Source: Candidatus Poribacteria bacterium (GTDB lineage: Bacteria; Poribacteria; WGA-4E; WGA-3G). Taken from it: a stretch of DNA of 64,000 bases. The stretch spans positions 22,632-86,631 of the forward strand of contig JAGWBV010000001.1 of assembly GCA_021295715.1 (NCBI GenBank). The letters run 5' to 3'. The translations under genes were made by a program, and so were the position numbers. Of this stretch, positions 38,393-47,539 are shown piece by piece; position 1 is the first letter of the stretch; every line of letters starts with the position of its first letter. Under the pieces are notes generated by a model. The model saw only the letters and a program-made list of their open reading frames with translations, did not search any database and was not told where the DNA came from.

Positions 38393-39076
38393 TCAGCATG
38401 CCCTTAACCGCAGCATTTCATTCCCTGTTTTCTGGAAGTGATATGGGACACGTTCAACTGCGCAAGCGATTCCATCTTTTTCAAGTTCATTGATAACGGG
38501 TGATAAGAAAGGGGAAGGCTTGCTATTGACATCAACAATAGGGAAAATTCTTACCTCAGTTCCGATACGGAGCAGTTCCTGTATCCCGTCGAGGTGGAAC
38601 GCCAAATCTCTGTTCGCTGAGTAGAAAAAAAGCAGATGCGCGGAGAGCACGAGGTCGAAGTGACCGGCAGGGAAAGGTAAATTGGGGAGTGATGCGTCTA
38701 TGTAGCGTCCTTGTTGCTTACCACTCTCAAAGTCTCGGCAGAACGTTTCCATTGCCTGCATCCTGATGTCAGCCAATTCATCGACAGACGAGATGTGTGT
38801 CCAGACAAATTTATCCTGATTGCGGTGGGCTTGCGCGATAACGTCGTCGTAAGTTTCCTGAATTCGTTGGCGCAATTCTGTCTCAGAATACCGATAAATC
38901 GGATCGACCGAGATGATTGGCGTGCCTCGCTGGTGCATCAAGGAATTGAACGACGCGGGACCGTCGCCTACGCCAACAATGTCCCGCGCCAAATCGTCCT
39001 CGAAGAGGTTAAACATACCCAAGTATTCGTCAAACGATCTCCCCCAGGGGATTATGTCTTTGTAGTGGAAATCCAT
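38393..39076 (-). CDS. Class I SAM-dependent methyltransferase-like protein
   Basis: Motif I IVGVGDGPASF; FDLVLSAHLLFF post-I strand. Confidence 0.6.
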   Translation of the reverse strand: MDFHYKDIIPWGRSFDEYLGMFNLFEDDLARDIVGVGDGPASFNSLMHQRGTPIISVDPIYRYSETELRQRIQETYDDVIAQAHRNQDKFVWTHISSVDELADIRMQAMETFCRDFESGKQQGRYIDASLPNLPFPAGHFDLVLSAHLLFFYSANRDLAFHLDGIQELLRIGTEVRIFPIVDVNSKPSPFLSPVINELEKDGIACAVERVPYHFQKTGNEMLRLRAC

Positions 39077-39214
39077 TATTGAGCATCCCCAGCATTAATT
39101 TCTTGGGGGACCACTGATGTCTTTTGCAGCAACCTCAGTTGTGGCATCTCTCTTAATAGCACGGTCACTATAATCTGGCAAACCTCTCACTTATGGACTA
39201 CCTACCGGAACGTC

Positions 39215-39820
39215 TCATGCCTTTTGATTAACCATGCTGGAGAGGATACCTAGGATTTTGTCGCACCGTTCAATCGCGTACACGGACATATCAATATAAA
39301 GTTTCTGACCTTCCAATTTGAGGAACAGCCACTCTGTACCAGTGGTGGTAGCCCCATAAATACAAGAGATATTATTGCCTTTCTGTTCATTAAAGCGTTG
39401 CGCTGCGAGCATCTCAGCGACACATTGACCGATGCCAAGCGTTGGGTCAGCATTCTTTGCTTCAACAAGAACGATAACAGGTGCCTCTAAATAAAATTGT
39501 TCCGGTGATAGACTTATCAAAAAATCGCAAGTTCCTGTTAATTCCTTTTCTGCATCGACACTGAAGTCAATTCCTGAAAAAAGACTGATGCGACGATTGA
39601 ATTGCTCGCGAAGCTCAACGAGAACGTTGGTCACAATCAGTTCCGAACGTGCCTTCTCTGTCCTGATGGCAACCGCTAACTGCACCTTTTTTTCCAATTC
39701 CGTAACAAGTGCCTCGCTGGGCGGCACGGGTTCTATGTCGGCAAAGATGTTTGCGGATTCGATCGTCTCTAACTGAAACTGCTCCCGAACCGTCTCTAAG
39801 GTGAAATTGCTATAAGCCAT
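39215..39820 (-). CDS. Hypothetical PD-(D/E)xK nuclease-fold protein (HsdR-N/Mrr-like)
   Basis: CDFLIS ... VIVLVEAKNAD ... GQC core; start moved to ATG 39820 (gagggag SD), which removes the overlap with the upstream gene. Confidence 0.5.
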   Translation of the reverse strand: MAYSNFTLETVREQFQLETIESANIFADIEPVPPSEALVTELEKKVQLAVAIRTEKARSELIVTNVLVELREQFNRRISLFSGIDFSVDAEKELTGTCDFLISLSPEQFYLEAPVIVLVEAKNADPTLGIGQCVAEMLAAQRFNEQKGNNISCIYGATTTGTEWLFLKLEGQKLYIDMSVYAIERCDKILGILSSMVNQKA

Positions 39821-39836
39821 GGGAGCGTCTCCCTCT

Positions 39837-40883
39837 TTAATCGGCAGTACCAACACCAACTTCTTGTAAAACCGCAACTGCGCGTTGTGCCAATTCGGTC
39901 GTGGCATCACGCTTAACTGAACGGTTTAAGTGTAGAATGGCGCGCTCATCTCCACCTCTCGCCAATTCCAACGCTTCCTCAAACCCCTTATTTCCGTAAC
40001 TGAGATCCCTTGGCAGGACAGTCAGGTCACGATCTTTCCAATAATACTTCAACGCATCAGATTCCCAATCGCGATAGATATGTTCCCACGTAAGGGAGTT
40101 GAAGATATTCAGGTGCGGTTCAAGCATGTGTTCAGCGATCGGGTCATCGGCAGCCTGATAGCGGTTGTCCAACGACACACGCAACCGATCCTCGGTCAAG
40201 TTCGGGAGTGCCTTATGAATGGTCAAAGCAGGGAAGATGAGCGTATCGCCAACTTCATAGTTCGTGGAATGCCATTCACCCGACAACTCGTCCTCATTAA
40301 CGCACAGACTCCCGGCACCGAGCGAAAAGTGATGCTCCATGACCTTATTGACTTTATGCGAACCCGGTAGGACTGCTAAGCCTCCTAACTCAATCGGACA
40401 ATCTCCGACGGGTGCCCAGCAGGTATAGGTCTGGAAATTCCCTTGGAAGTGGACGAAGTCTTGGTGTATCGGTGTGGTGTGCGCCGTGTACTTAGGGAAC
40501 CAGAGACGCGCAATCTTCTGTGGATGCGGTAGCACCTCTCTGCCGACAATTTTCTCCACCATATCAACGACTTCGTGCCAATGCCCGGAACGGTGAAACG
40601 CCTCTAACTTATACACTTCATGGTATACGTCCGTGTATTCGGGATCACCCTCGGTACACTGGGTAGATATATCAGCGATGCCGTCCATCGGGTCGGTCCC
40701 CGCGACGAGCCAACCGCCTTCCTGCATCGTCGTTAGCATTTCTCGCCGCAACGCCCAGAGTTTGTCAGGATCTTGCAGCTTCTTGAAGAAAACATACCCT
40801 TCTTCCGAGATCCGGTGACGCAATTCTTCCGGATCATTCATTGCATCGTTGGATACGCGAAGTTCTCTTAATAATTCCGCCAT
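39837..40883 (-). CDS. Phytanoyl-CoA dioxygenase (PhyH) family protein
   Basis: TPIHQDFVH (HxD) facial-triad motif; 348 aa. Confidence 0.75.
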   Translation of the reverse strand: MAELLRELRVSNDAMNDPEELRHRISEEGYVFFKKLQDPDKLWALRREMLTTMQEGGWLVAGTDPMDGIADISTQCTEGDPEYTDVYHEVYKLEAFHRSGHWHEVVDMVEKIVGREVLPHPQKIARLWFPKYTAHTTPIHQDFVHFQGNFQTYTCWAPVGDCPIELGGLAVLPGSHKVNKVMEHHFSLGAGSLCVNEDELSGEWHSTNYEVGDTLIFPALTIHKALPNLTEDRLRVSLDNRYQAADDPIAEHMLEPHLNIFNSLTWEHIYRDWESDALKYYWKDRDLTVLPRDLSYGNKGFEEALELARGGDERAILHLNRSVKRDATTELAQRAVAVLQEVGVGTAD

Positions 40884-40975
40884 TTGACATTCTCCTTCGG
40901 TTTACCCATGTTTGAGACTCATTTTTTAGATTTTGTCCCTAACAAAGTGCCTCTTTAGTGTATCTATCTGTTATC

Positions 40976-41176
40976 ATAACCCAAGTTGCCACTTTCAAAT
41001 AAGCGAGGTTATTTTCATCAGGTTTTGGGTTCATCGGATTTCTATCAGTAATTAGGGTATAGAAATCAAGAGTTGTTTACTCCAAAGCCCCAGCGGGGTG
41101 ACATGCGTGTAGAAACTCACCGAATCCCAGGCTTAAAGCCCCAGCGGGGCGACATGTGTATAGAAACTTGCGTTAT
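40976..41176 (+). mobile_element. Composite TIR element with twin hairpin units (copy E2)
   Basis: Left box ataacccaagttgccac; units aaagccccagcggggtgacatgcgtgtagaaac (41084-41116) and aaagccccagcggggcgacatgtgtatagaaac (41135-41167); right box acttgcgttat. Confidence 0.65.
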
Positions 41177-41224
41177 TATAGTATAACACGGATATAACGA
41201 GAAATCAATTTTTTTAGATCGCGC

Positions 41225-42052
41225 CTACACCCTATTTTTCTCAAGCCAATCAACAGCAAAGTCAACTACGGCAGATTGCGGCATCAGTTGGCAATTCGCG
41301 TTGCCGACCTTACCGTGCCGAACCACCTTTCCCGCATCAGACCGCAAAAAATCTTCACCGATGCGATCAAAATCCGAAGCGTCTACATCGATATTTTCAA
41401 AGGTTGTCCATGCGCTTGAACCTGCCTGCGAAATCGGGGCACCCTCTCGGACGACGCGTTTGGTTGGAAAGTCTGCCTGATGTTCTGCGAGATGTATGGA
41501 CGTATTGTTTGAATGCCCAACACCGAGGAGCAGAACAGAACCGTGCAAGTCATAGATTCTACCAAGTGGTGAGTTTTCACCAAAGCCAAATGCCAAGGCG
41601 TGGTTATCTGTGATATATGAGGCTTGAGGACCGCTTGCACAAAAGGAATTCTGTGGATGCATGCTGCGGAGAACACCTTTTTGCCTTCGGAACGTTTCGA
41701 CAATTTTGCCCATTGAACGAGTCGGCGTCAAGTCAGGATCATAGGCAGGCATCGTCTCCCGTATCGTTTGCCACCACGACTCCGGCACAGGCGGATTCTC
41801 CCACTGACTCGGATCGCTAAGGTCGGTCGAGTGGGTCGGCATCACAAGCGTTCCCGTTTCACCTAAAACCTTCTGAAGTGCAATGATGACGGCAACAGCA
41901 CCGCCACAGACCCATCCCATCGCACTCAAGGACGAATGGACGAGTAAGACCATTCCCTTTTCGATACCCAGTGCCTCAAAATCAGCCTGTAGCGACTCGA
42001 CCGTGATAGGTCTTTCTGTCTTGTGAACCACTTGACCTTCAGGCATTGTCAA
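41225..42052 (-). CDS. AAC(3) family aminoglycoside N-acetyltransferase
   Basis: Family hallmark VLLVHSSLSAMGWVCGGAVAVI and LLLGVGHSNNTSIHLAE. Confidence 0.8.
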   Translation of the reverse strand: MTMPEGQVVHKTERPITVESLQADFEALGIEKGMVLLVHSSLSAMGWVCGGAVAVIIALQKVLGETGTLVMPTHSTDLSDPSQWENPPVPESWWQTIRETMPAYDPDLTPTRSMGKIVETFRRQKGVLRSMHPQNSFCASGPQASYITDNHALAFGFGENSPLGRIYDLHGSVLLLGVGHSNNTSIHLAEHQADFPTKRVVREGAPISQAGSSAWTTFENIDVDASDFDRIGEDFLRSDAGKVVRHGKVGNANCQLMPQSAVVDFAVDWLEKNRV

Positions 42053-42059
42053 TCACCTT

Positions 42060-42932
42060 CTATTTCGTCCCTATCGCAAGGATATGCGCACTCATACCGA
42101 GGAGCGAAGGCTCTGCTTCGACTTTGCGAATCAAATCTAAAACGACAGAACGCAGATCCGGATCCGTCCAATAATTTTTAAACGACTCAAAAAGCCATGC
42201 CGGTCCTTCCACTGCGAGCGTCGTCTGATGTTGAAAACCGGCTTTGACCACTTCGGAACCCAATTCTTCCGGGCGGTGAAGATAGGCATCTGTAAAATAA
42301 TTAAGGTCGCCAGTCAGGTTACGATGGTAACCCGTTTCAAGATCGTTTTGAACGATGTCCATGTGAACGGGAGTCCTGAATCGATCCTCAAAAAAGCTGT
42401 CGAGCATAGATGCAAAGCGTGAGATACCGGCGGCAACCATAGCACCACCGTTTCGCAGGACACGATACGCCTCTTTGAGTGCCAGCAGCCTTTCATCTTT
42501 AGCAACCAGATGATAGAGCGGTCCCAATAACAGAACGGCATCCGCTGACATAGACGAAAAACGCAGGTCCCGCGCGTCACCAAGTGATATGCTGGCAATC
42601 GGATGTTCTATCTGCAGATTCGAGGCTTCTTTCGCCTGCTCAATGTGTAAATCCACAGGATCCACGAGGTGGACCTCATAGCCTACTTTTGCTAACCAAC
42701 AGGCATAGGGACCCGAACCACCACCGATGTCCAAAACCACTGCTGGCGGCGGCGGTAAATAGCGTGTGATGATCTCTTGCGTCCGTACAAATTCCAACTG
42801 ACCCTTGGTATGGGTCGTAAGTCGTTTCGATTCTTGCGTCTGTCTGTAGAACGAAAGAATCTCGTCTGAAAGTTGATACAATTTCTTATTCCTTCCGAAA
42901 CCAATTATCGGGTCTGTTTCACCCATGCCCAC
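42060..42932 (-). CDS. Class I SAM-dependent methyltransferase
   Basis: Motif I VLDIGGGSGPYA; overlaps the 3' end of the upstream LamG gene by ~28 nt. Confidence 0.8.
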   Translation of the reverse strand: MGMGETDPIIGFGRNKKLYQLSDEILSFYRQTQESKRLTTHTKGQLEFVRTQEIITRYLPPPPAVVLDIGGGSGPYACWLAKVGYEVHLVDPVDLHIEQAKEASNLQIEHPIASISLGDARDLRFSSMSADAVLLLGPLYHLVAKDERLLALKEAYRVLRNGGAMVAAGISRFASMLDSFFEDRFRTPVHMDIVQNDLETGYHRNLTGDLNYFTDAYLHRPEELGSEVVKAGFQHQTTLAVEGPAWLFESFKNYWTDPDLRSVVLDLIRKVEAEPSLLGMSAHILAIGTK

Positions 42933-43663
42933 GTAGTCGTCAGTTTATCTTCCGGATCAACAGAAAGTGGTTCGAGATCTAAGACGTTGGTAACATCAAC
43001 GTAATTCGCCTTCCCAAACCCACCGTCACCATCGTTGCCGTTTTTGGTATTGTCGTTGGCGTTGCCTTCATCGAAAGTGTAGTGTGCGTTCAGACCTTTT
43101 TCATCACCGTTGAGAACCTTCATCATGAACTCGTTAATCTCTTCTTCGGTCCGAGCGACTTCCCAAATACGGATTTCATCAATGGACCCCGTACAGAACC
43201 AATTTTGACTATCACCGACACCGATATACAGTGAAGCGTCAGTTGCCGCTAATTCCTTTGCTTCAAAAGGTGCAGCACCTTTCTCCTCTCCATCGATATA
43301 CGTCCGCATCTCTTTACCGTCCCAGACGCCAGCGACGTGCTGCCATTTGTTGGGCTCCAATCCAGGAACATCAAGGATTTTCGTGCCGGGCCAGAGGACA
43401 AATCGCAATCCGTTTCCATTTTGGACAATCTCTGGGAAGATGTAATCCCTTTGACCACCCCAGTCCTTTGCAAGGCACTCACCGACAGGTTTGCTCATGT
43501 TCATCCACGCTTCTATCGTTATTGCGGTTTTGGGATTTAAGCTGTCACTGTTTGGGACTTCAATAGCCGTCGCGCCATCTAACGCCAGTGCCATATTTTT
43601 CGCCCAGAGTGTGCTGGGCACTGTCAGACTGATGACGAGGATTATAAAAAACAGAACTTTCAT
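42905..43663 (-). CDS. Secreted LamG domain protein with conserved C-terminal tail
   Basis: Signal peptide MKVLFFIILVISLTVPSTLWA; ITIEAWMN, IDEIRIWEVARTEEEI; tail KLTTTWAWVKQTR. Confidence 0.7.
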   Translation of the reverse strand: MKVLFFIILVISLTVPSTLWAKNMALALDGATAIEVPNSDSLNPKTAITIEAWMNMSKPVGECLAKDWGGQRDYIFPEIVQNGNGLRFVLWPGTKILDVPGLEPNKWQHVAGVWDGKEMRTYIDGEEKGAAPFEAKELAATDASLYIGVGDSQNWFCTGSIDEIRIWEVARTEEEINEFMMKVLNGDEKGLNAHYTFDEGNANDNTKNGNDGDGGFGKANYVDVTNVLDLEPLSVDPEDKLTTTWAWVKQTR

Positions 43664-43678
43664 GGTTTTCCTCCTGCG

Positions 43679-43698
43679 TTGCCAATTGCAATTGGCAA
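43679..43698. promoter_or_regulatory. Perfect 20-bp palindrome abutting the SD of the LamG gene
   Basis: TTGCCAATTGCAATTGGCAA; 1 nt from the aggagg SD of the gene starting at 43663. Confidence 0.5.
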
Positions 43699-43761
43699 TT
43701 AGACATTGTTCATTCCCGCTTTTACTGCCCTATCGGGCATAATTATATTGTATAAGTCATC

Positions 43762-44532
43762 TCAATGTTTGGCAACATAGGTAGCCCCTTGTGAAGAGTG
43801 TCTCCACGTGAGTTGCACCTCAGAGAATCCCGCCTCCTGAAGAATACGGACTTGTGTCTCCGGCGATAATGTGATGTCGTAATTCCATTCAGCACGGTCA
43901 CCACCTGGGAGCTTCGCAATCCACCTATCGTACCAATAGAGTGTACTTTTCTCCTCTTCAACCGTGGAAACCTGATCGCCTTCTATGTAGATACCGGTTG
44001 TTCTCAAAGCCTTTCTCACTTTTTTGTAGATGGTGACCTTCCGTTCTGGAAGGAAATGGTGCATGGTTAGCGTAGAAATAGCGTAGTCATACGCATAATC
44101 CCCAAATGCAAGTTCCAATAGGGAGCCTTGCTGCAATCTTAACTGATCGGTTTTGTTGGCAAATTTTGCACTGAGCTGCTTAAGCATGTTCGGTGCCCTA
44201 TCAATCGCTGTAACTTTGGCATTGGGTGCCCTTGCAAAAACGAACTCAAGTTGAATTCCCGTGCCACAACCGAGGTCCAGAATCTCTATCGGTTCGTCTG
44301 TCTGTGGTATATGGAGAGCGACAGCCTGATAGAACGGATCATCGGGCTTAACACCAAACTTCTGGTCCCAAATATCAGCGGTTGAATTGAAGAATTCTGG
44401 GAGTTCCTCAATACCGTCGGTTGTCCATTTGGGAACGTCATCACCTGAGGGGCCGGGCGCGATTCGGAGCTGCATCTTTCGCTTTATAAATTCATCGTTT
44501 ATGGCTTGTGTTTGGTTTGTGTGCTGCTTCAT
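43762..44532 (-). CDS. Class I SAM-dependent methyltransferase
   Basis: Motif I ILDLGCGTG. Confidence 0.8.
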   Translation of the reverse strand: MKQHTNQTQAINDEFIKRKMQLRIAPGPSGDDVPKWTTDGIEELPEFFNSTADIWDQKFGVKPDDPFYQAVALHIPQTDEPIEILDLGCGTGIQLEFVFARAPNAKVTAIDRAPNMLKQLSAKFANKTDQLRLQQGSLLELAFGDYAYDYAISTLTMHHFLPERKVTIYKKVRKALRTTGIYIEGDQVSTVEEEKSTLYWYDRWIAKLPGGDRAEWNYDITLSPETQVRILQEAGFSEVQLTWRHSSQGATYVAKH

Positions 44533-44537
44533 ATTAT

Positions 44538-45296
44538 CTATTTCGCTTCTGAGTTCGGCTTACGTCCACCAAAGATAGCATGTCCAGCCTTCATCCAGAA
44601 CACGTCAACATCAGTGAATCCAGCCTCCTCAAGCCATTTGAGCTGATCAAATAGCGACGACGGTTTGTCAATCGAATCTGGATCGGGTTCAGATTGTGCG
44701 TAATGATTCCAGCCGAGCTGACGAAACTGCTCATAACCTCTCAGATCGCCGTCCAGATCGAGTGAACGTTGACGCACTACTTTATCCCAAGTGTCTGCCG
44801 CAAACTTCCTTCCAAACCCATCCATCGGTTCAGTCAGATCGGCGATAATGAAGCTTCCGCCCGGTGCGAGTATAGATGCCATATCTTTGAACAACGCCTG
44901 TTTTTCAGTGCCATCCAAGTGATGGATTGCGAGAGACGATACGACAGCATGGACAGGGAAAGGGAACTCACGCCAATCGCTTGCAGTTAAATCGAATTGC
45001 TTTGCCTTAAAACGTTCTCCATAAGCGATGAGTGCCTTTTCTGTGTGCGCGATCATTGTCGGCGAGCCGTCTAAACCGTAGACGTGAGATTCAGGAAACT
45101 TATCTAACAACGCCCGTGTGAGCAGTCCTTCCCCGCAGCAGATATCCAGAATATACACGGATTCCAATGGCGGTGGGATTACCTCGCAAATGCAATTAAT
45201 CTGGATCTCCCGATCGGGAACGAAGTATTTTCCGTAGTCAATGAAATCTTGGGAATTTTCCTCTCCCCATTGAGGTGTGATGATTGAGTCTTGCAT
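44538..45296 (-). CDS. Class I SAM-dependent methyltransferase
   Basis: Motif I ILDICCGEG, VVSSLAIHHL. Confidence 0.8.
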   Translation of the reverse strand: MQDSIITPQWGEENSQDFIDYGKYFVPDREIQINCICEVIPPPLESVYILDICCGEGLLTRALLDKFPESHVYGLDGSPTMIAHTEKALIAYGERFKAKQFDLTASDWREFPFPVHAVVSSLAIHHLDGTEKQALFKDMASILAPGGSFIIADLTEPMDGFGRKFAADTWDKVVRQRSLDLDGDLRGYEQFRQLGWNHYAQSEPDPDSIDKPSSLFDQLKWLEEAGFTDVDVFWMKAGHAIFGGRKPNSEAK

Positions 45297-45345
45297 AACA
45301 TTTACCTTTATGATGCCACTCTAATTTTCCGCGTTTCAGTTTTCT

Positions 45346-46236
45346 CTATGATGCTAGATCGTCGAGCATCTGGCGGATCTTGTGTACACCACTGTCAATA
45401 AACAGAGGGGCTAAGGGGCCTCTTCCATGCAAAGTTTGAAGTAGGGCATCAATCTGTATCATACGCTGTTGCGGTGTGCGGCACCTGAGCCACTTTTTAA
45501 CGAATTCACGTGCCGGTCTCGGATTGCCAGTTCTGAGTGAACGGGTGCTTTTACGCCATGCCTGCCATCTGAAGGTATATTGACAGTTCGGGCATTCAAG
45601 TTTTTCGTCCTTCTTTTTTAGACTCTTGCGGTAATCCCGCCACCTACGTTTGTAGCCGCAGACCGTGCACTCGATATTACCGTGCTGATGGAGGGCAAAG
45701 CCTTGACATTTGGGGCAGTGCAATTCAGGACTGCGTTGCCGATGTCTGACAGTTTGAACCGGGGGTTCCGGTCTGCGGACAAGATCAAAACAGTGAGGAC
45801 ATGGTAAGAGAACGCGGGTTCTCAGGGATTGTTTGTAAGCTTCCGGGGACCATGTTTTCCCACAGGCACATCGGAACATAACTTCTTTGTGTAGAACAGC
45901 ACGACAGTCGAAACATCGCGGGACGTTTCGGAGTGCCTGACGGCAGTCGCGCCAAAGCAGTCGCTCAGTACAGTGTGGGCAGCGAAACCAATGTTCGTGC
46001 GTGCCGCCTTCGCCAGAACTGAAGAGCGGGTCAATCCGACGTGCCACCTTTGTGCTGCATTTCGGACAAGGCACACGTCCGCCTCGGTAAACATCGGCGA
46101 CTGCAGCGATGTCAAGGCAGCGGGCGTAGAGTTCCCACCCGACATCGTGTAGCAGTGTATCATCATAGATACCGAGCCGAGCATACCGGTAGAGTCGCCG
46201 GATTTTGATGGGTTTTACACGGGGTGCCCAATTCAT
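45346..46236 (-). CDS. Basic multi-zinc-ribbon protein of unknown function
   Basis: Eight Cys pairs (CPKC, CPHC, CFDC, CAC, CPHC, CPKC, CTVC, CPNC); four are followed by W-x2-[CYW]-[RK]-[KQ]-[SA]; starts 11 nt after the DUF433 stop. Confidence 0.6.
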   Translation of the reverse strand: MNWAPRVKPIKIRRLYRYARLGIYDDTLLHDVGWELYARCLDIAAVADVYRGGRVPCPKCSTKVARRIDPLFSSGEGGTHEHWFRCPHCTERLLWRDCRQALRNVPRCFDCRAVLHKEVMFRCACGKTWSPEAYKQSLRTRVLLPCPHCFDLVRRPEPPVQTVRHRQRSPELHCPKCQGFALHQHGNIECTVCGYKRRWRDYRKSLKKKDEKLECPNCQYTFRWQAWRKSTRSLRTGNPRPAREFVKKWLRCRTPQQRMIQIDALLQTLHGRGPLAPLFIDSGVHKIRQMLDDLAS

Positions 46237-46247
46237 TCAAAATCCTA

Positions 46248-46478
46248 CTACAGTACTTGCGTCTCTAAAAGCTGATCTGAAACCACCCAAGCAGCATACT
46301 TCATTGCTTCCTGAGTATCAGCAGTTTCCAATTCTGGATAAAGTTCAATAACATCCTCAATTGACCGACCATTGGCTAACAATTTGAGGATTACGCTGAC
46401 CGTAATTCGGGTTCCTCGAACCACAGGTTGCCCAAGACAAATTTTCGGATTAATCTGAATTCGATCTAGTTTTTCCAT
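46248..46478 (-). CDS. DUF433 domain protein (antitoxin-like)
   Basis: DUF433 signature CLGQPVVRGTRITV followed by an HTH-like tail; 76 aa. Confidence 0.75.
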   Translation of the reverse strand: MEKLDRIQINPKICLGQPVVRGTRITVSVILKLLANGRSIEDVIELYPELETADTQEAMKYAAWVVSDQLLETQVL

Positions 46479-46489
46479 TTCTACCTCCG

Positions 46490-47509
46490 TTACACTGAAA
46501 TTTGAATGACCTCACCGGTTTCAATACTACGACTAATCGCCTCTAAAACGCGCATGTTCTGATAGGAATCTTCGAGGCTGGCGTGGGGTTGTGTTCCCGC
46601 TTGCAATGACGTTGCCCAATGCTGCATCTCTTCAAGATAGCCGGGTCTACCGATACTATGGAGCGCGGTGTTGAGGTCCCATTCTTCGGTGGGTGTATCG
46701 GCATAGCCACCCCCCGCGTCAAGCCATGTCGGCACACGGTAACGGCGCAATCTACGTGTTTCGAGTACCTGAATCGCCTGATTGCCGGTGCCTTTGACGA
46801 AAACCATCGCTTCCAAGATAGGACCGGTACCGAGTGTCATCGTACCGATACCGCCGTTCTCGTAACGCAAGTTCACGGACATTGAAACGGTACTCGATGC
46901 GGCATCCACTTCACCCATGGCGAAGACTTCGATAACCTGTCCTATAAAGAAACGCATACAATCGGTCGGATGGATCACCTGATCGAGCATAAAGGGCCAC
47001 GCAAAGGGGGATCCCGCCTCCTGCAGACGCGGACCCGGAGCGAGGTAGCGGGTATGGTATTGGCAGGCTTCACCGAATTCTGCTTCGTCCATCAACTGTT
47101 TGGCAATCTGGTGTGCAGGCGCGTGTCGCCACATTGTGCCTACCATCCCTGTTTTGCCGCTCTCAACTGACGCATCGACGAGCATCTTCGCACCTTCAGC
47201 GGTGGTCGCAGGCGGTTTTTCGGTGTAAATATGATAACCGCGCTGCAGGCACTCAATACCGATGTCACGGTGCAGTTTGTCCTCCGGTCTACCGACGACA
47301 GCCACTGCATAGAGGTCTTCGTTTTTGAACATCTCGTTGTAATCGGTATAATGGCGGAGTGCGCCGAACCTTCGGGCGTTCGATGCTGCCTTCTCTTCCA
47401 CGAGGTCACAGGTAGCGACAAATTCAAACGTCGGCACCATCGGTATGCACTGTTGCAATTGCGATGACATGCCCCCACAGCCAATAAAAGCAATTCGGAT
47501 TTTGTCCAT
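46490..47509 (-). CDS. Gfo/Idh/MocA family oxidoreductase
   Basis: Rossmann IAFIGCGGMS, YTEKPPA motif. Confidence 0.8.
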   Translation of the reverse strand: MDKIRIAFIGCGGMSSQLQQCIPMVPTFEFVATCDLVEEKAASNARRFGALRHYTDYNEMFKNEDLYAVAVVGRPEDKLHRDIGIECLQRGYHIYTEKPPATTAEGAKMLVDASVESGKTGMVGTMWRHAPAHQIAKQLMDEAEFGEACQYHTRYLAPGPRLQEAGSPFAWPFMLDQVIHPTDCMRFFIGQVIEVFAMGEVDAASSTVSMSVNLRYENGGIGTMTLGTGPILEAMVFVKGTGNQAIQVLETRRLRRYRVPTWLDAGGGYADTPTEEWDLNTALHSIGRPGYLEEMQHWATSLQAGTQPHASLEDSYQNMRVLEAISRSIETGEVIQISV

Positions 47510-47539
47510 AACATGTTCTCCTATTTAAGTTCCGACCAC

